From: Kofleriaceae bacterium
GTDB lineage: Bacteria; Myxococcota_A; Polyangia; Haliangiales; Haliangiaceae
Direction of reading: 5' to 3'
DNA length: 64,000 nucleotides
Assembly: GCA_965215005.1 (NCBI GenBank)
Contig: CBDCCZ010000019.1
Coordinates: forward strand, 32,001 to 96,000
Shown: positions 28,972 through 40,254 of the stretch, piece after piece
Numbering within the stretch: position 1 is the first letter of the stretch
How the letters are laid out: every line of letters begins with the position of its first letter
Translations under genes and position numbers: made by a program
Notes under the pieces: generated by a model
Seen by the model: only the letters and a program-made list of their open reading frames with translations
Databases searched by the model: none
What the model was told of the DNA's origin: nothing

Positions 28972-29193
28972 CGCCACGAGGCGTCGTTCACAGCGACGAG
29001 GTTGCCGCTCAGCGCAGGACCGCGCGACGGGTACCCGAAGTGCGCCCCTGGGGTTCACGGCGAAAGTCGTGAGCCGCTAGAGCTAGGAAAACAACAATCG
29101 CTTGGGGAGACGCCGAAGGGGGCGCGTGAGCAGCAGGAACGTTCCGCACTTGCCCCGCCGGTTTCCGGGTCAGAAATCCCGCGGCGGCGTAGT

Positions 29194-29716
29194 CTAGAGG
29201 CTTCCAGAGACGTTGATGTCGATATCCAAGATCACCGTTGCTTCCACAGTGGTCTCCTCGGGCGGTCGAATCCCACTGGCGCTGGTGGTGATGGTCATCG
29301 CTTCCGCGGTCGCATAGGGAGCTAGCTCGACGCCCGGTGCGACGTGCAGCTCGAGCCGTGAGAGGCCGTCGGGGACGGGATCGAGGCGGGCAATTTCGAC
29401 GTCTGGCAGCTCGCCGGCGCTTGCGGAAAAGGCGATGCGCTCGAGCCAGTCAAAGTTGCCGCCGCTTGGCGCCGCGATCGTCATGGTGAACGACTTCACG
29501 CGGACATTATCGATGTCGTCTTTGGTGTAGCCCTGATTGCGAAACTCGCGACTCTCAGACAGAGAGAGCCCCTCGAAGCCAGCAAACGCCAGCTGCCCGA
29601 GAAGCTCATCGACGAGGGTGCGCGCCGGAATCACCGTGGTGGCCGTGGTCTTGACCTCGACGTTGTCGAGATCACTGCAGCCTGCGGCGCAAATGATCAG
29701 AAGTAATGAAATCGCG

Positions 29717-29733
<17 letters not shown>
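29194..29733 (-). CDS. Hypothetical lipoprotein
   Basis: LLLIICAAGC lipobox; overlaps the kinase stop. Confidence 0.7.
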
Positions 29734-31509
<1,776 letters not shown>

Positions 31510-31513
<4 letters not shown>

Positions 31514-32370
31514 AACTGCCCTCCAACCCCAACCACGGCACCACCTGGCCGAAAATTCAGCCCCACGCGCGGGGCCTCGACAGCTTCGTCGCTGCGCCAA
31601 TAGAGAACCGCCGCTACCGCCGCCGACACCGCTGCGGCGCCAAAGAACAGGTCCGCGGCCAGCGCACGGCTCTCGAGGCCATCGAGCTCTGATTCCGCGC
31701 AGGGCTCATCTTCGCAGCGGCCATGCCGGCTTCGCGCGGTCAGCCCGAAGCCAACGCCACCGGTGAGCGCGGCGACACCGACGCCACCGGCGATCCAGAC
31801 TCCGGTACTCAAATGCCGCGAAGACGGCGGCGATGGCTCCGGGGTGCCGATGATGGATGAGTCGGCGACCACCTCCGCTCGAACAGGCGCTGGCGACGGG
31901 CGGGGTGTTGCATTGGGAAGCATGGCGCCGGCGGCGGCGACGAAGGCGGCGCGCGCATCGCCGTCAGCAGCGAGCGCCACAGCAGGTCGAGGGACGACCT
32001 CGGCAGTCGCTACATCGACCCACGAGGCATCGAGCTGCAGGCTCTCGCCCACGCGAACGATGACCAGCACCAATAACTCGTCGACGCTCAGCCGGGCCCC
32101 GAGATCCGCGATGCACGCTGGCAAGCCAATGCATTCCTCTGGCACGCCTGCCGCGGGCAAGCGGCGCGTGGCTTCCGCGCCCGCCACCGTCTCTACGATG
32201 AACTGCTCTTCGAGCACCTGCGCCAGCGACTCCGCGAGCGCGGCAGCCTGCTCGGGCTCGACGTTGACCGCCAAGCCAACCACGACCCCCAACCGGCGCG
32301 GACGCGCATCGTCGGCGTGGGCGAGCGACGCGCAAACCAGCAATACAATGCCTAGAGCGACCGCGCGCAT
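31510..32370 (-). CDS. Exported hypothetical protein (myxobacterial type)
   Basis: Signal peptide; C-terminal WIAGGVGVAAL...ADLFFG...VGVGGQF. Confidence 0.7.
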
Positions 32371-32560
32371 CCTTAACGTTTTCCCATATGCAGCGATTCA
32401 CTGCACGTTAAAGGCGCAAACATCCACCGTGAGATGAGCGTGAGCTGCGGCCACGATGTAATCGTGTTGCGGCCAATGTCGTTTGCTTCGGCTCACGCGC
32501 CAGTGGAGCTCAACAACGTCGGCATTGGCAACGTGCGCCACGCAGGGGCCTTTTCGCGCG

Positions 32561-33535
32561 TCAGCTCTCTTCAACGACTCCAGCGACGCGATAGCCGGTG
32601 CCTTGCCGACTCTCGATGACGCGCGCCAATCCACCCGCTTCGAGCTTCTTGCGCACCCGGCGCACCAGCTCGCGCACATTCTCGCTATCGGCGTCGTGCG
32701 ACTTGAAGGCCAACGTGTTGGCGAGCTCGTGCCACGGCACATACGCCAGCAGCGCCTCCTGCGCCTTCGCTCGACGCTCGCAAAGCAGCTGCAACAGCCC
32801 AAATTCCAGCCTCGCGAGCTCAATCACCGCATCGTCGTAGCAAACGATGCCGCCATCGGAGCGCTGCTGCACGACGAAGATGCCCACTTCGCAGTGCACC
32901 GTGGCACGGTAAGCGAGCTGGCGACGCTCGACGCGGTTGGTGCGACCAGGCCCGGTCGTGCAGACGCCACCGCTTGGCGCGGTGGTCGAGAACCATAGCC
33001 TCACTTCACCGAATCCGAGCGCGACGCCATGAACGAGCACCGCGCGGCGGATGCGCTGAACAGCGACGAAGGTCCCATTGAGGCTGCCGCGGTCGTGCAG
33101 CCGCCAGCGCCCTTCGCTGCACTCGAGCTCCGCATGCAGCGACGAAACCGACGGATGGAGCAGCGCCACCCCCACCTCATGCCGACTCCGCCCAATCAAC
33201 GCACGAGCGCCAATGCCATGAGCATGCCCCCAGGAATCGAGCAGCCATGCAGCCGGAGCAGTCACCGGCGCAGCGACTACCTGCTCAGGCGTCCACGTCA
33301 CCTCGGGCGCGAGCGAGCGCGCATGATCCGCGCACAAAACACCCACGCTGGCGGCAGCTCCGCACAGCGGACAAGTGGTGGCCTGCTCGAGCATCCCGTC
33401 GCCCGCGCAAGATACCACGCCAGCATCCCAGACCACGAGCGAGCCCCTGCACGCGCAACCGCTGCGGCTCGCAGGCGAAACAGCATCGCGCATCCCAACG
33501 GCTTCTGCGTTCGCAGGCGTTCCGTCACCGGCCAC
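32561..33535 (-). CDS. FHA domain plus C-terminal winged-helix regulator
   Basis: IGR..HPSVSSLHA..DRGSLNGTF (FHA); ENVRELVRRVRKKLE..IESRQGTGYR (OmpR-type wHTH). True start probably near MLEQATTC. Confidence 0.8.
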   Translation of the reverse strand: MAGDGTPANAEAVGMRDAVSPASRSGCACRGSLVVWDAGVVSCAGDGMLEQATTCPLCGAAASVGVLCADHARSLAPEVTWTPEQVVAAPVTAPAAWLLDSWGHAHGIGARALIGRSRHEVGVALLHPSVSSLHAELECSEGRWRLHDRGSLNGTFVAVQRIRRAVLVHGVALGFGEVRLWFSTTAPSGGVCTTGPGRTNRVERRQLAYRATVHCEVGIFVVQQRSDGGIVCYDDAVIELARLEFGLLQLLCERRAKAQEALLAYVPWHELANTLAFKSHDADSENVRELVRRVRKKLEAGGLARVIESRQGTGYRVAGVVEES

Positions 33536-33560
33536 CGTGGGTGCGCGAGCACGTCCGATC

Positions 33561-33914
33561 CTACTCGTCGCGAAAGGCTGCTCGCGCCACGTCTATCGGC
33601 AGGAACATGCGGCGGGGCCAGGACGTGGCATCGACAATCACGAAGTCATACTTCTTGGCTATCACAGAGCCAACATCCGTCGACACGGCAGCCATGCTGA
33701 GCGTATAGAACCCGATGACCATCGGCAGCTCATCCGCGACGTCATCAGCCGACGCATCCAGCACGTAGGTGAGGCCGATGTTCGCCTGGTCGCTGGACAG
33801 CGCGTGGCGCCGGAAGTAGTTGTTGAGCGGATGCTTGCCGCACCGAAAGCCGCATGTCGGATCGGCAGGACCGATCCGGCGTGTCCGGTAGGAGGGGCTT
33901 GCTGGTTCGGTCAC
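33561..33914 (-). pseudogene. GNAT toxin (AtaT/TacT-like) with internal deletion
   Basis: FRCGKHPLNNY, IGFYTLSM and KYDF..RMFLP present; the GRLAVD/GxG acetyl-CoA motif is absent; 117 aa. Confidence 0.7.
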
Positions 33915-34255
33915 CGACGGCGACGCTTCGCGGCCGCCTGCAGGCGTGCGCGGGGCTTCGCGGGAGCATCTGCCAGCGCTTGCATCTTGGCGAGCGACGA
34001 GTCCGGCAGCTCGAGCTTGTCCGGCGAGAGAGCCCATTCCAGCGCCGTGCGTGTCGGCGTCATCAGCTCGCAAACAGCCTGCAGGTCACGAGGATCCTGG
34101 ATGACGAGCCGGCGGCCGCGACGGATCTCCAAGATCGCCTTCAGGAACAACGACAAGGCCTCATCGATGATCTGGCTGCGGCTCAGCCCGAGCTGGTCGG
34201 CAAGCTCCTGAACGGCAGAGCCTCGACTATCGGGTACGGTGGCTTCGAGACGCAT
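33911..34255 (-). CDS. RHH/DUF1778-like antitoxin
   Basis: RLEATV..LADQLGLSRSQIIDEAL; C-terminal ALADAPAKPRARLQAA; 4-bp overlap with the toxin. Confidence 0.75.
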   Translation of the reverse strand: MRLEATVPDSRGSAVQELADQLGLSRSQIIDEALSLFLKAILEIRRGRRLVIQDPRDLQAVCELMTPTRTALEWALSPDKLELPDSSLAKMQALADAPAKPRARLQAAAKRRRR

Positions 34256-34513
34256 GGCGGATCTCGTTCCCTCAAATTTGAGGCAATACCCAGGGATACC
34301 GGATCTGCGCCAATTTCCCAAGCTCGAAGCGTTGAGACACCACCTCGTGACGCACGTCATCGACGTGAGCATGACCGTATTACGGTAGCTTCCAGATCGG
34401 ACCGGCCAATGGCGACATTACCGTCGTCCTCGCCGATGACCGAGGCTGGGGGCACCGGTTTCGGCGAAGCGACCTCTTCCCACGCAGGAGCCACGTGCAT
34501 CCTCGATGTCGTT

Positions 34514-34842
34514 GCAGGCGGGCCTGCGATGCTTGAAGGGGGTGCCGCGCCTGCCGTCTCTACGTCGTGGAGGGGGGGGGTGACGGAGACGGCAGGCGGG
34601 CCTGCGATGCTTGAAGGGGGTGCCGCGCCTGCCGTCTCTACGTCGTGGAGGGGGGGGGGGTGACGGAGACGGCAGGCGGGCCTGCGATGCTTGAAGGGGG
34701 TGCCGCGCCTGCCGTCTCTACGTCGTGGAGGGGGGGGTGACGGAGACGGCAGGCGGGCCTGCGATTCTTGAAGGGGGTGCCGCGCCTGCCGTCTCTACGT
34801 CGTGGAGGGGGGGGTGACGGAGACGGCAGGCGGGCCTGCGAT
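34514..34842. repeat. Tandem array of four full 77-80 bp hairpin units plus a partial fifth (REP/BIME-like)
   Basis: Units start at 34514, 34592, 34672, 34749 and 34826; 13-bp stem CGCCTGCCGTCTC/GAGACGGCAGGCG around G runs of 9, 11, 8 and 8. Confidence 0.92.
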
Positions 34843-34854
34843 TCGATGGCGTTC

Positions 34855-35730
34855 TCAGTGCTCCTCCCCGTGCTCGGAGGAGCGCCGCATCTTGGCGGTG
34901 AGCGTCTCGATTTGGTGCCGGAGCGTCGAGTTGCCCAGCACCGCCGGATGTGCCAGAGACTCTCGCGCCGATGCCTCGCTGGCCGCGCGCTGGACCATCG
35001 CGCGCAGCCGGCCGATGACGCGCGGCGTGAGACCGGTCAAACGAATTGCAAAGGCACTGCCCGCAGCATCACTGCGCATCGCCACGACATGCGCCTCGAT
35101 GGACAACACCAGCTCATCGGGCAGATGCAGCGCAACGACCAGCCGCTCCCTTGGCTGAAGCCGATGCGAGCCGCGCAAGGTCAGCACGTTGCGACCCATG
35201 GCATGTGCGTCGCACAGCCGCGTTACCTGATCCCAATGACGGCACGAAACCTTGATCTTGCGAGTCACGCGGCGATTGCTCCGGGCATCGAGAGGGATCG
35301 TGGGGTGCTCGGATGCAATCAGCCTCGGCACCGCCGCCGTCGACATCTCGCTTTGCGTCCCGCGCGCCACGCGCGACATTCGCTTCTCGAGCACTCCGAT
35401 CAACGACTTCACGTCGGCGACCGTCCAAACCTTCGGCAACAGATGACCGAGCGCCGCGGCATCGGCAACCATCGGCGCATCGCGTCCAGCACGGGTGCAA
35501 AAGGCAATGGGCATGGCAGGCGCCGCTGCGTGGATTGCTCGCGCCAGCTCGACGCCATTCATCACCGGCATCTCGAGATCGGTGATCACCGCGTCGAATT
35601 CGTCGGTGGCCATCATCGCCAGCGCGTCCTCGGCGTGCAGCGCAACCTCGGTTGCGTGGCCCAAGCGACGCAGCGCACGGCGAAGCAGCGTTCCAAAGCT
35701 CGCATCGTCGTCTACAACCAGAATCTTCAT
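34855..35730 (-). CDS. Response regulator (REC) with PilZ-like domain
   Basis: KILVVDDD, VITDLEMPVMNG; RSNRR followed by a beta-rich segment. Confidence 0.75.
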   Translation of the reverse strand: MKILVVDDDASFGTLLRRALRRLGHATEVALHAEDALAMMATDEFDAVITDLEMPVMNGVELARAIHAAAPAMPIAFCTRAGRDAPMVADAAALGHLLPKVWTVADVKSLIGVLEKRMSRVARGTQSEMSTAAVPRLIASEHPTIPLDARSNRRVTRKIKVSCRHWDQVTRLCDAHAMGRNVLTLRGSHRLQPRERLVVALHLPDELVLSIEAHVVAMRSDAAGSAFAIRLTGLTPRVIGRLRAMVQRAASEASARESLAHPAVLGNSTLRHQIETLTAKMRRSSEHGEEH

Positions 35731-35928
35731 TGGTAAGGCCGAATCACGTGGGAGGGATTACGCATCACTTCCTTCGTGTACGGGGCTGGTTAGCAGTTTC
35801 CGGGCCGAAGAGGAGAAGCAGTGATTTCGGGTGATTGGATGGCTTCTTGAAGCGCATCCGCAACCATTGTTTACACCTGCCGCAAATTGCGTTGACACTC
35901 CCGCAATAAACGTTGTCACCTCTCGCCG

Positions 35929-37503
35929 GTGGAGGCGCGTGTGCAGGGCAGGGAAACGACAGCGGACCGACCGCGCATCCTGGTGGTCGACGACGAGCCA
36001 GACAACCTCGAGCTGCTGGTGCGCATTCTGCGTTCCGTTGGCCGCCTCACCTGCGCCAGCACCGGGCCGGAGGCACTCGAAATCCTCCGCGGCGGCTCGT
36101 TCGCGGCCATCGTCACCGATCACAACATGCGCGGGCTCACCGGCGTTGAGCTGCTCGAGCGCGCCGCCCGCATCGCGCCGCAGACCGAGCGCATCTTGGT
36201 ATCAGGCTACGGCGACGTCGAGGTTCTCACCGACGCGATCAACCGCGGCCACGTCTCGTGCTTCTTGCGCAAGCCCATCGAGCCGCGCGTATTGCGCGAG
36301 ACCGTACGAAAAGCAGTGGCGCAGCCGGCGCTGGCCTCGCGCCGCGCCTTGGTGCTGGCCAGTCCGCCGCTCGCCAGCCGCATCAGCGAGGCGCTGCGCA
36401 ATTCGGGGCTCGAGGTCGCCCTGGGCGAGGACTTCAGCGGCGCCGGCCGTCCCGAAGATGTGGTGCTGTGGAAAACCGATGTCTCGACCAGCTTGATCGA
36501 TCGAGTGAGTCGGGTGCTGCGCGACGAAGCCGAGCTCGGCCGCCACCGCACGCAGCTCGGCCTGCGCGAGATGATTGGTGGCAGCGCCGCAATGCGAGAA
36601 GTATTCGATGCCGTCGAGCGCGTCGCACCAACCGACGCCACGGTGCTGGTTCGCGGTGAAACTGGCACCGGCAAAGAGATGGTCGCGCGTGTGGTTCACG
36701 CGCTGTCGCGCCGACGCGAGCGCCCCTTCGTCGCCGTCAACTGCGCAGCGCTGCCCGAATCGCTCGTCGAGAGCGAGCTGTTTGGCCACGAGCGCGGCGC
36801 CTTCACCGGCGCCCAGACTCGCAAGCTAGGCCGCTTCGAACGCGCCGACGCCGGCACGCTGTTCATCGACGAGGTCGGTAACATGCCGGAGGCGGTGCAG
36901 GTCAAGCTGCTGCGAGTTCTGCAGGAGCGCGCCTTCGAGCGCGTCGGTGGCACCGAGACTCTTAAAGTCGACATTCGCTTGGTCGCTGCCACCAACCTCG
37001 ACCTCGAGTCGGCGATGGCGGTCGGCCACTTCCGCGAAGATTTGTTCTATCGACTCAACGTCGTGCCGATCACCCTGCCGCCGCTGCGCGAGCGCAAAGA
37101 CGACTTGCCGCTCCTCACGCAACACCTGCTCGCCGAGCTGCAACGTCGGGTCGGCAAAGAGGGCATTCGGATCTCTGCCGCGATGATGCGACGCATCCAC
37201 GATTACGACTGGCCCGGCAACGTGCGCGAGCTCCAGAACGTGGTCGAGCGGGTGGTTGCGCTCACTCCCTCCGGCGGCATCGCCGACTTCCCCGATATCC
37301 GCATGCGCGGGCCGCGCCAAGGCTTGACCGCGCTGGTCCCGGAGAAGCCGTCGGCGACGCTCAGAGAGATGGTCTCCGAGCTCGAGCGGCGGCTCATCGC
37401 CCAGGCGCTCGAACGCAACGGCGGCAACCGCAGCCGCGCCGCCCGCGACCTCGGCATCACGCGCCAAGGGCTCGCAGTGAAGCTCAAGAAGTACGACTTG
37501 TAG
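35929..37503 (+). CDS. Sigma-54-dependent response regulator (REC-AAA-Fis)
   Basis: ILVVDDE, GETGTGKE, ESELFGHERGAFTGA, FREDLFYRLN, WPGNVRELQN, GNRSRAARDLGI. Confidence 0.95.
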   Translation: MEARVQGRETTADRPRILVVDDEPDNLELLVRILRSVGRLTCASTGPEALEILRGGSFAAIVTDHNMRGLTGVELLERAARIAPQTERILVSGYGDVEVLTDAINRGHVSCFLRKPIEPRVLRETVRKAVAQPALASRRALVLASPPLASRISEALRNSGLEVALGEDFSGAGRPEDVVLWKTDVSTSLIDRVSRVLRDEAELGRHRTQLGLREMIGGSAAMREVFDAVERVAPTDATVLVRGETGTGKEMVARVVHALSRRRERPFVAVNCAALPESLVESELFGHERGAFTGAQTRKLGRFERADAGTLFIDEVGNMPEAVQVKLLRVLQERAFERVGGTETLKVDIRLVAATNLDLESAMAVGHFREDLFYRLNVVPITLPPLRERKDDLPLLTQHLLAELQRRVGKEGIRISAAMMRRIHDYDWPGNVRELQNVVERVVALTPSGGIADFPDIRMRGPRQGLTALVPEKPSATLREMVSELERRLIAQALERNGGNRSRAARDLGITRQGLAVKLKKYDL

Positions 37504-37579
37504 GAGCAGAGCTCCGCCAAAAATGTCCAATATGCCTCCGCCCCCTAAAGGGTGAACGAGAGCGCCCGATTCGAGTCTC

Positions 37580-37969
37580 GTGAGCGGAGACGTGTGGAGC
37601 GAGCGTGAGTGTGGATGTGGGCGCAGCAATCGCGCGCATCGGTCATTTTGCGGCGGCTGTGGGGCCCGCTTGGCGCAAGCGTGTAGACGCTGCAGCTTCG
37701 CCAACGAGGCAGACGATGCCTATTGCGGCGGTTGCGGCGTTGGCATTGCCGATGAGCTCCAGCTGCCCGTGGTCATCGTCGGCCGCGGCACGCCGGTTCC
37801 GCGAGCTCGCTCCAGATCGGATACCGCGCCACTTCCCGAGGTCCCGGCACTGCCGGTCCTGTCGGTGCCGCCCCCCCGCATGGACTCGCCTTGGAATGAA
37901 ATCCCCGACGAAGAGGATGACAACCCAATGTCCTCGTCGTTCTTCTCGCCGCTGGGCTGGCGGCGTTGA
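37580..37969 (+). CDS. Double zinc-ribbon protein
   Basis: CGCG..FCGGCG..CRRC..YCGGCG. Confidence 0.7.
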   Translation: MSGDVWSERECGCGRSNRAHRSFCGGCGARLAQACRRCSFANEADDAYCGGCGVGIADELQLPVVIVGRGTPVPRARSRSDTAPLPEVPALPVLSVPPPRMDSPWNEIPDEEDDNPMSSSFFSPLGWRR

Positions 37970-37983
37970 TCCTTGGAGACTCG

Positions 37984-38367
37984 ATGACCCCTACTGCGCT
38001 CATCATCGACCACTCGCCAATCTCCAGTCAGCTCATCGCGCGGCTCCTCGAACGCGGCGGCTTCCACGTCGTGGGCACCAGCCACGATGGGCTTCTCGGG
38101 CTGCGTTTAGCCGCTGAGCACCGTCCGAGCCTCATCACCCTCGATTTGGTCCTGCCGTCCCTCACTGGCTTGCAGATGGCAGCGGCAATTCGGCGGTCGG
38201 CGCCCGACGTCGCCATGATGGTCATCAGCGCCATCAATGCGCGCACTCGCGTCGATGCCGCGAGCAAGCTCGGCATCGATTACTACATTCTCAAACCGAT
38301 CTCGCAGGAGCGCCTGGTCGAGGTGGCCTGCTTGCTGCGCGCGGACCTCGAAACCCGCGCTGCGTGA
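37984..38367 (+). CDS. Single-domain response regulator (CheY-like)
   Basis: ALIIDHS, ITLDLVLPSLTG, ISA, YILKP. Confidence 0.88.
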   Translation: MTPTALIIDHSPISSQLIARLLERGGFHVVGTSHDGLLGLRLAAEHRPSLITLDLVLPSLTGLQMAAAIRRSAPDVAMMVISAINARTRVDAASKLGIDYYILKPISQERLVEVACLLRADLETRAA

Positions 38368-38383
38368 GCAAAGGAGCGAGCCC

Positions 38384-39250
38384 ATGGAAATCATCGCCGC
38401 CAGCACCGAAGCCGACTCGTTCTCAGAGCTCGAGCTCGCCATCCGCGATCTCGAAGCCCTCGAGACCATGCCGGTCATCGCGCAACGCCTGTTGGCGGTG
38501 ACCGCGCAACAAGACTGCGAGATGCACGAGGTGCAAGCGCTGGTGAGCGCCGACCCCGCGCTCGCAGCGCGCATGATGCGGCTGGCGAGTGCGCCGGTGT
38601 ATGGCAGCCGCGCAGCGCCCAATTTGCGCTCGGCGCTGATTCGCATCGGCATGCGCGATATCCGCCGCATGGTGACCGCAGCAGCGTTGATTCAGCGGCA
38701 TCGGCCGCAAAAGCGCGGCATTCGCGAGCTGTGGGCCTATTGTCTGCGCTGCGGCTCGGTCGCCGAGTCGCTCGCTGCTCGCCTGCCGAGCACCCGCATC
38801 GATGATCCGTTCTTGCTCGGGCTATTGCACGAGCTCGGCACCTTCGTGCTGTGTAGCCTGCGCGGCGCGCCGTATCAAAAGCTCCTGCGCGGCCCCGGCG
38901 ACGAGGAGCAAGTGCTCGCCGAACAAGCCGAGCTTGGCTTCGATCACACGCTGGTGGGAGCCTTGATCGCCGAGCAGTGGAATCTTTTCCCCGGCCTCGA
39001 GTACGTGATGCAGCTCCACCACACGCCCCTCATCGCCGACGAGCTGGCGCTCGAGCCGGATATCGCCGCGGCGGTCTACGTTGTCGGGGTCGCGCGACAG
39101 TATGCCGGCTCTGCGCTCCCCACCGATGCCGCACTCCACGGTGCGCTGTGCGAACGGCTCGGTATCGGCGCTGAGCAAGTGCTCGACGCCGCTCGCGATG
39201 GCATGGCTCGCTACGAGAGCCTCTACGCCTCGCTTCTCGGCGCCCGCTAA
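38384..39250 (+). CDS. HDOD domain protein
   Basis: DPALAARMMRLAS, FLLGLLHELG, GFDHTLVGALIAEQWN, HH.P. Confidence 0.9.
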   Translation: MEIIAASTEADSFSELELAIRDLEALETMPVIAQRLLAVTAQQDCEMHEVQALVSADPALAARMMRLASAPVYGSRAAPNLRSALIRIGMRDIRRMVTAAALIQRHRPQKRGIRELWAYCLRCGSVAESLAARLPSTRIDDPFLLGLLHELGTFVLCSLRGAPYQKLLRGPGDEEQVLAEQAELGFDHTLVGALIAEQWNLFPGLEYVMQLHHTPLIADELALEPDIAAAVYVVGVARQYAGSALPTDAALHGALCERLGIGAEQVLDAARDGMARYESLYASLLGAR

Positions 39251-39319
39251 GACGCGACGCTCAACGCGCCATTTACCTGAACACGCGTTCCGCGCACGCG
39301 CGGCAAAGCGTCATCGACG

Positions 39320-39334
39320 CGGCAGAAAAATTGC
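39320..39334 (+). promoter_or_regulatory. Candidate sigma-54 -24/-12 promoter of ftsQ (CGGCAGAAAAATTGC)
   Basis: GG at 39321-39322, 10 nt, GC at 39333-39334, with TTGC; intergenic. Confidence 0.5.
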
Positions 39335-39349
39335 CCCGCCTCGATACCC

Positions 39350-40243
39350 ATGGGTATTGAGGAAGGAGTGACGGGAACGCGTGTGGCACCGACCAACACC
39401 GGGCGGCGCAAGCGGCGCAATCGCCGGCTGCGCGAGCCGCTGCGGCGACGTCTGCCACCGCTGCGCACGTGGCGCCAGGTACTGGCGCGGACGCTGCGGC
39501 GCATGTTGCCGGCGCTCACGGTGCTCGGCGCAATCGCTGGCACCGGCCTGCTCCTCTGGGGCAGCTATCGGTATGCGACCACCTCGCCGCGATTTGCTGT
39601 CGACAACGTCGAAGTTGTTGGCGGCGAGAAGCGCGATGCGGTGTGGGCGCGCGCTGCGCTCGGCATCGATGGCAAAGACAACATCTTTCGCATCGATCCC
39701 AACGCCATGGCCAAGACTCTGGAAGCCGATCCTTGGGTGGCGAGAGCGCATGTGCGGCGCGAGCTTCCCGATACCGTGGTGATCGAGCTCGATGAAAACC
39801 AGCCGGTAGCGCTGGTCGAGCTCGACGGCCTTTACTTGACCACGCAGGTCGGCGCGCTGTTCAAGCGCGCGCGCATCGCCAACGGCGAAGGCGAAGCGCT
39901 GCCGGTGATCACTGGATTTTCGCGGCGCGCTTATCTGCAAGACCCCGCGCCCACCGCCGCAGCAATTCGCCGCGCGCTGGCCCTGCTAAGCGCGTATCGA
40001 GCCGATCCGAGCCGGCCGGTGCTCGGCGAGATTCACTGGGACCCCGCCCGCGGCTTCACGCTTCTGTCCTTCGCGACCGGCCTAGCGATTCGCGTCGGCA
40101 GTGGCGATGACCAAGAGGTGCACGCGCGGTTGGCGGCGTTCGATGCCGCTTGGGACGCGCTCGACGCCGATGAACGCAAGCGCGCGCGGGTGGTGCATGC
40201 CACCGGCGCCACTCGCCCCGACTACGTCACCGTGAGCTTCTAG
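39350..40243 (+). CDS. ftsQ: Cell division protein FtsQ/DivIB
   Basis: TM plus POTRA (FAVDNVEVVG..DPWVARAHVRRELPDTVVI); upstream of ftsA. GTG 39368 after GGAAGGA may be the real start. Confidence 0.88.
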   Translation: MGIEEGVTGTRVAPTNTGRRKRRNRRLREPLRRRLPPLRTWRQVLARTLRRMLPALTVLGAIAGTGLLLWGSYRYATTSPRFAVDNVEVVGGEKRDAVWARAALGIDGKDNIFRIDPNAMAKTLEADPWVARAHVRRELPDTVVIELDENQPVALVELDGLYLTTQVGALFKRARIANGEGEALPVITGFSRRAYLQDPAPTAAAIRRALALLSAYRADPSRPVLGEIHWDPARGFTLLSFATGLAIRVGSGDDQEVHARLAAFDAAWDALDADERKRARVVHATGATRPDYVTVSF

Positions 40244-40254
40244 AGACGACACAC

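Noticed and set aside
29050..29090. GAAA-tetraloop hairpin (TCACGGC-GAAA-GTCGTGA) as a c-di-GMP riboswitch
   Set aside because: The conserved GGCAAAC/GACGCAAAG flanks are missing and it lies between convergent 3' ends.
34514..34842. CRISPR array
   Set aside because: Segments between the palindromes are essentially identical, with no unique spacers, and no cas genes are in the window.
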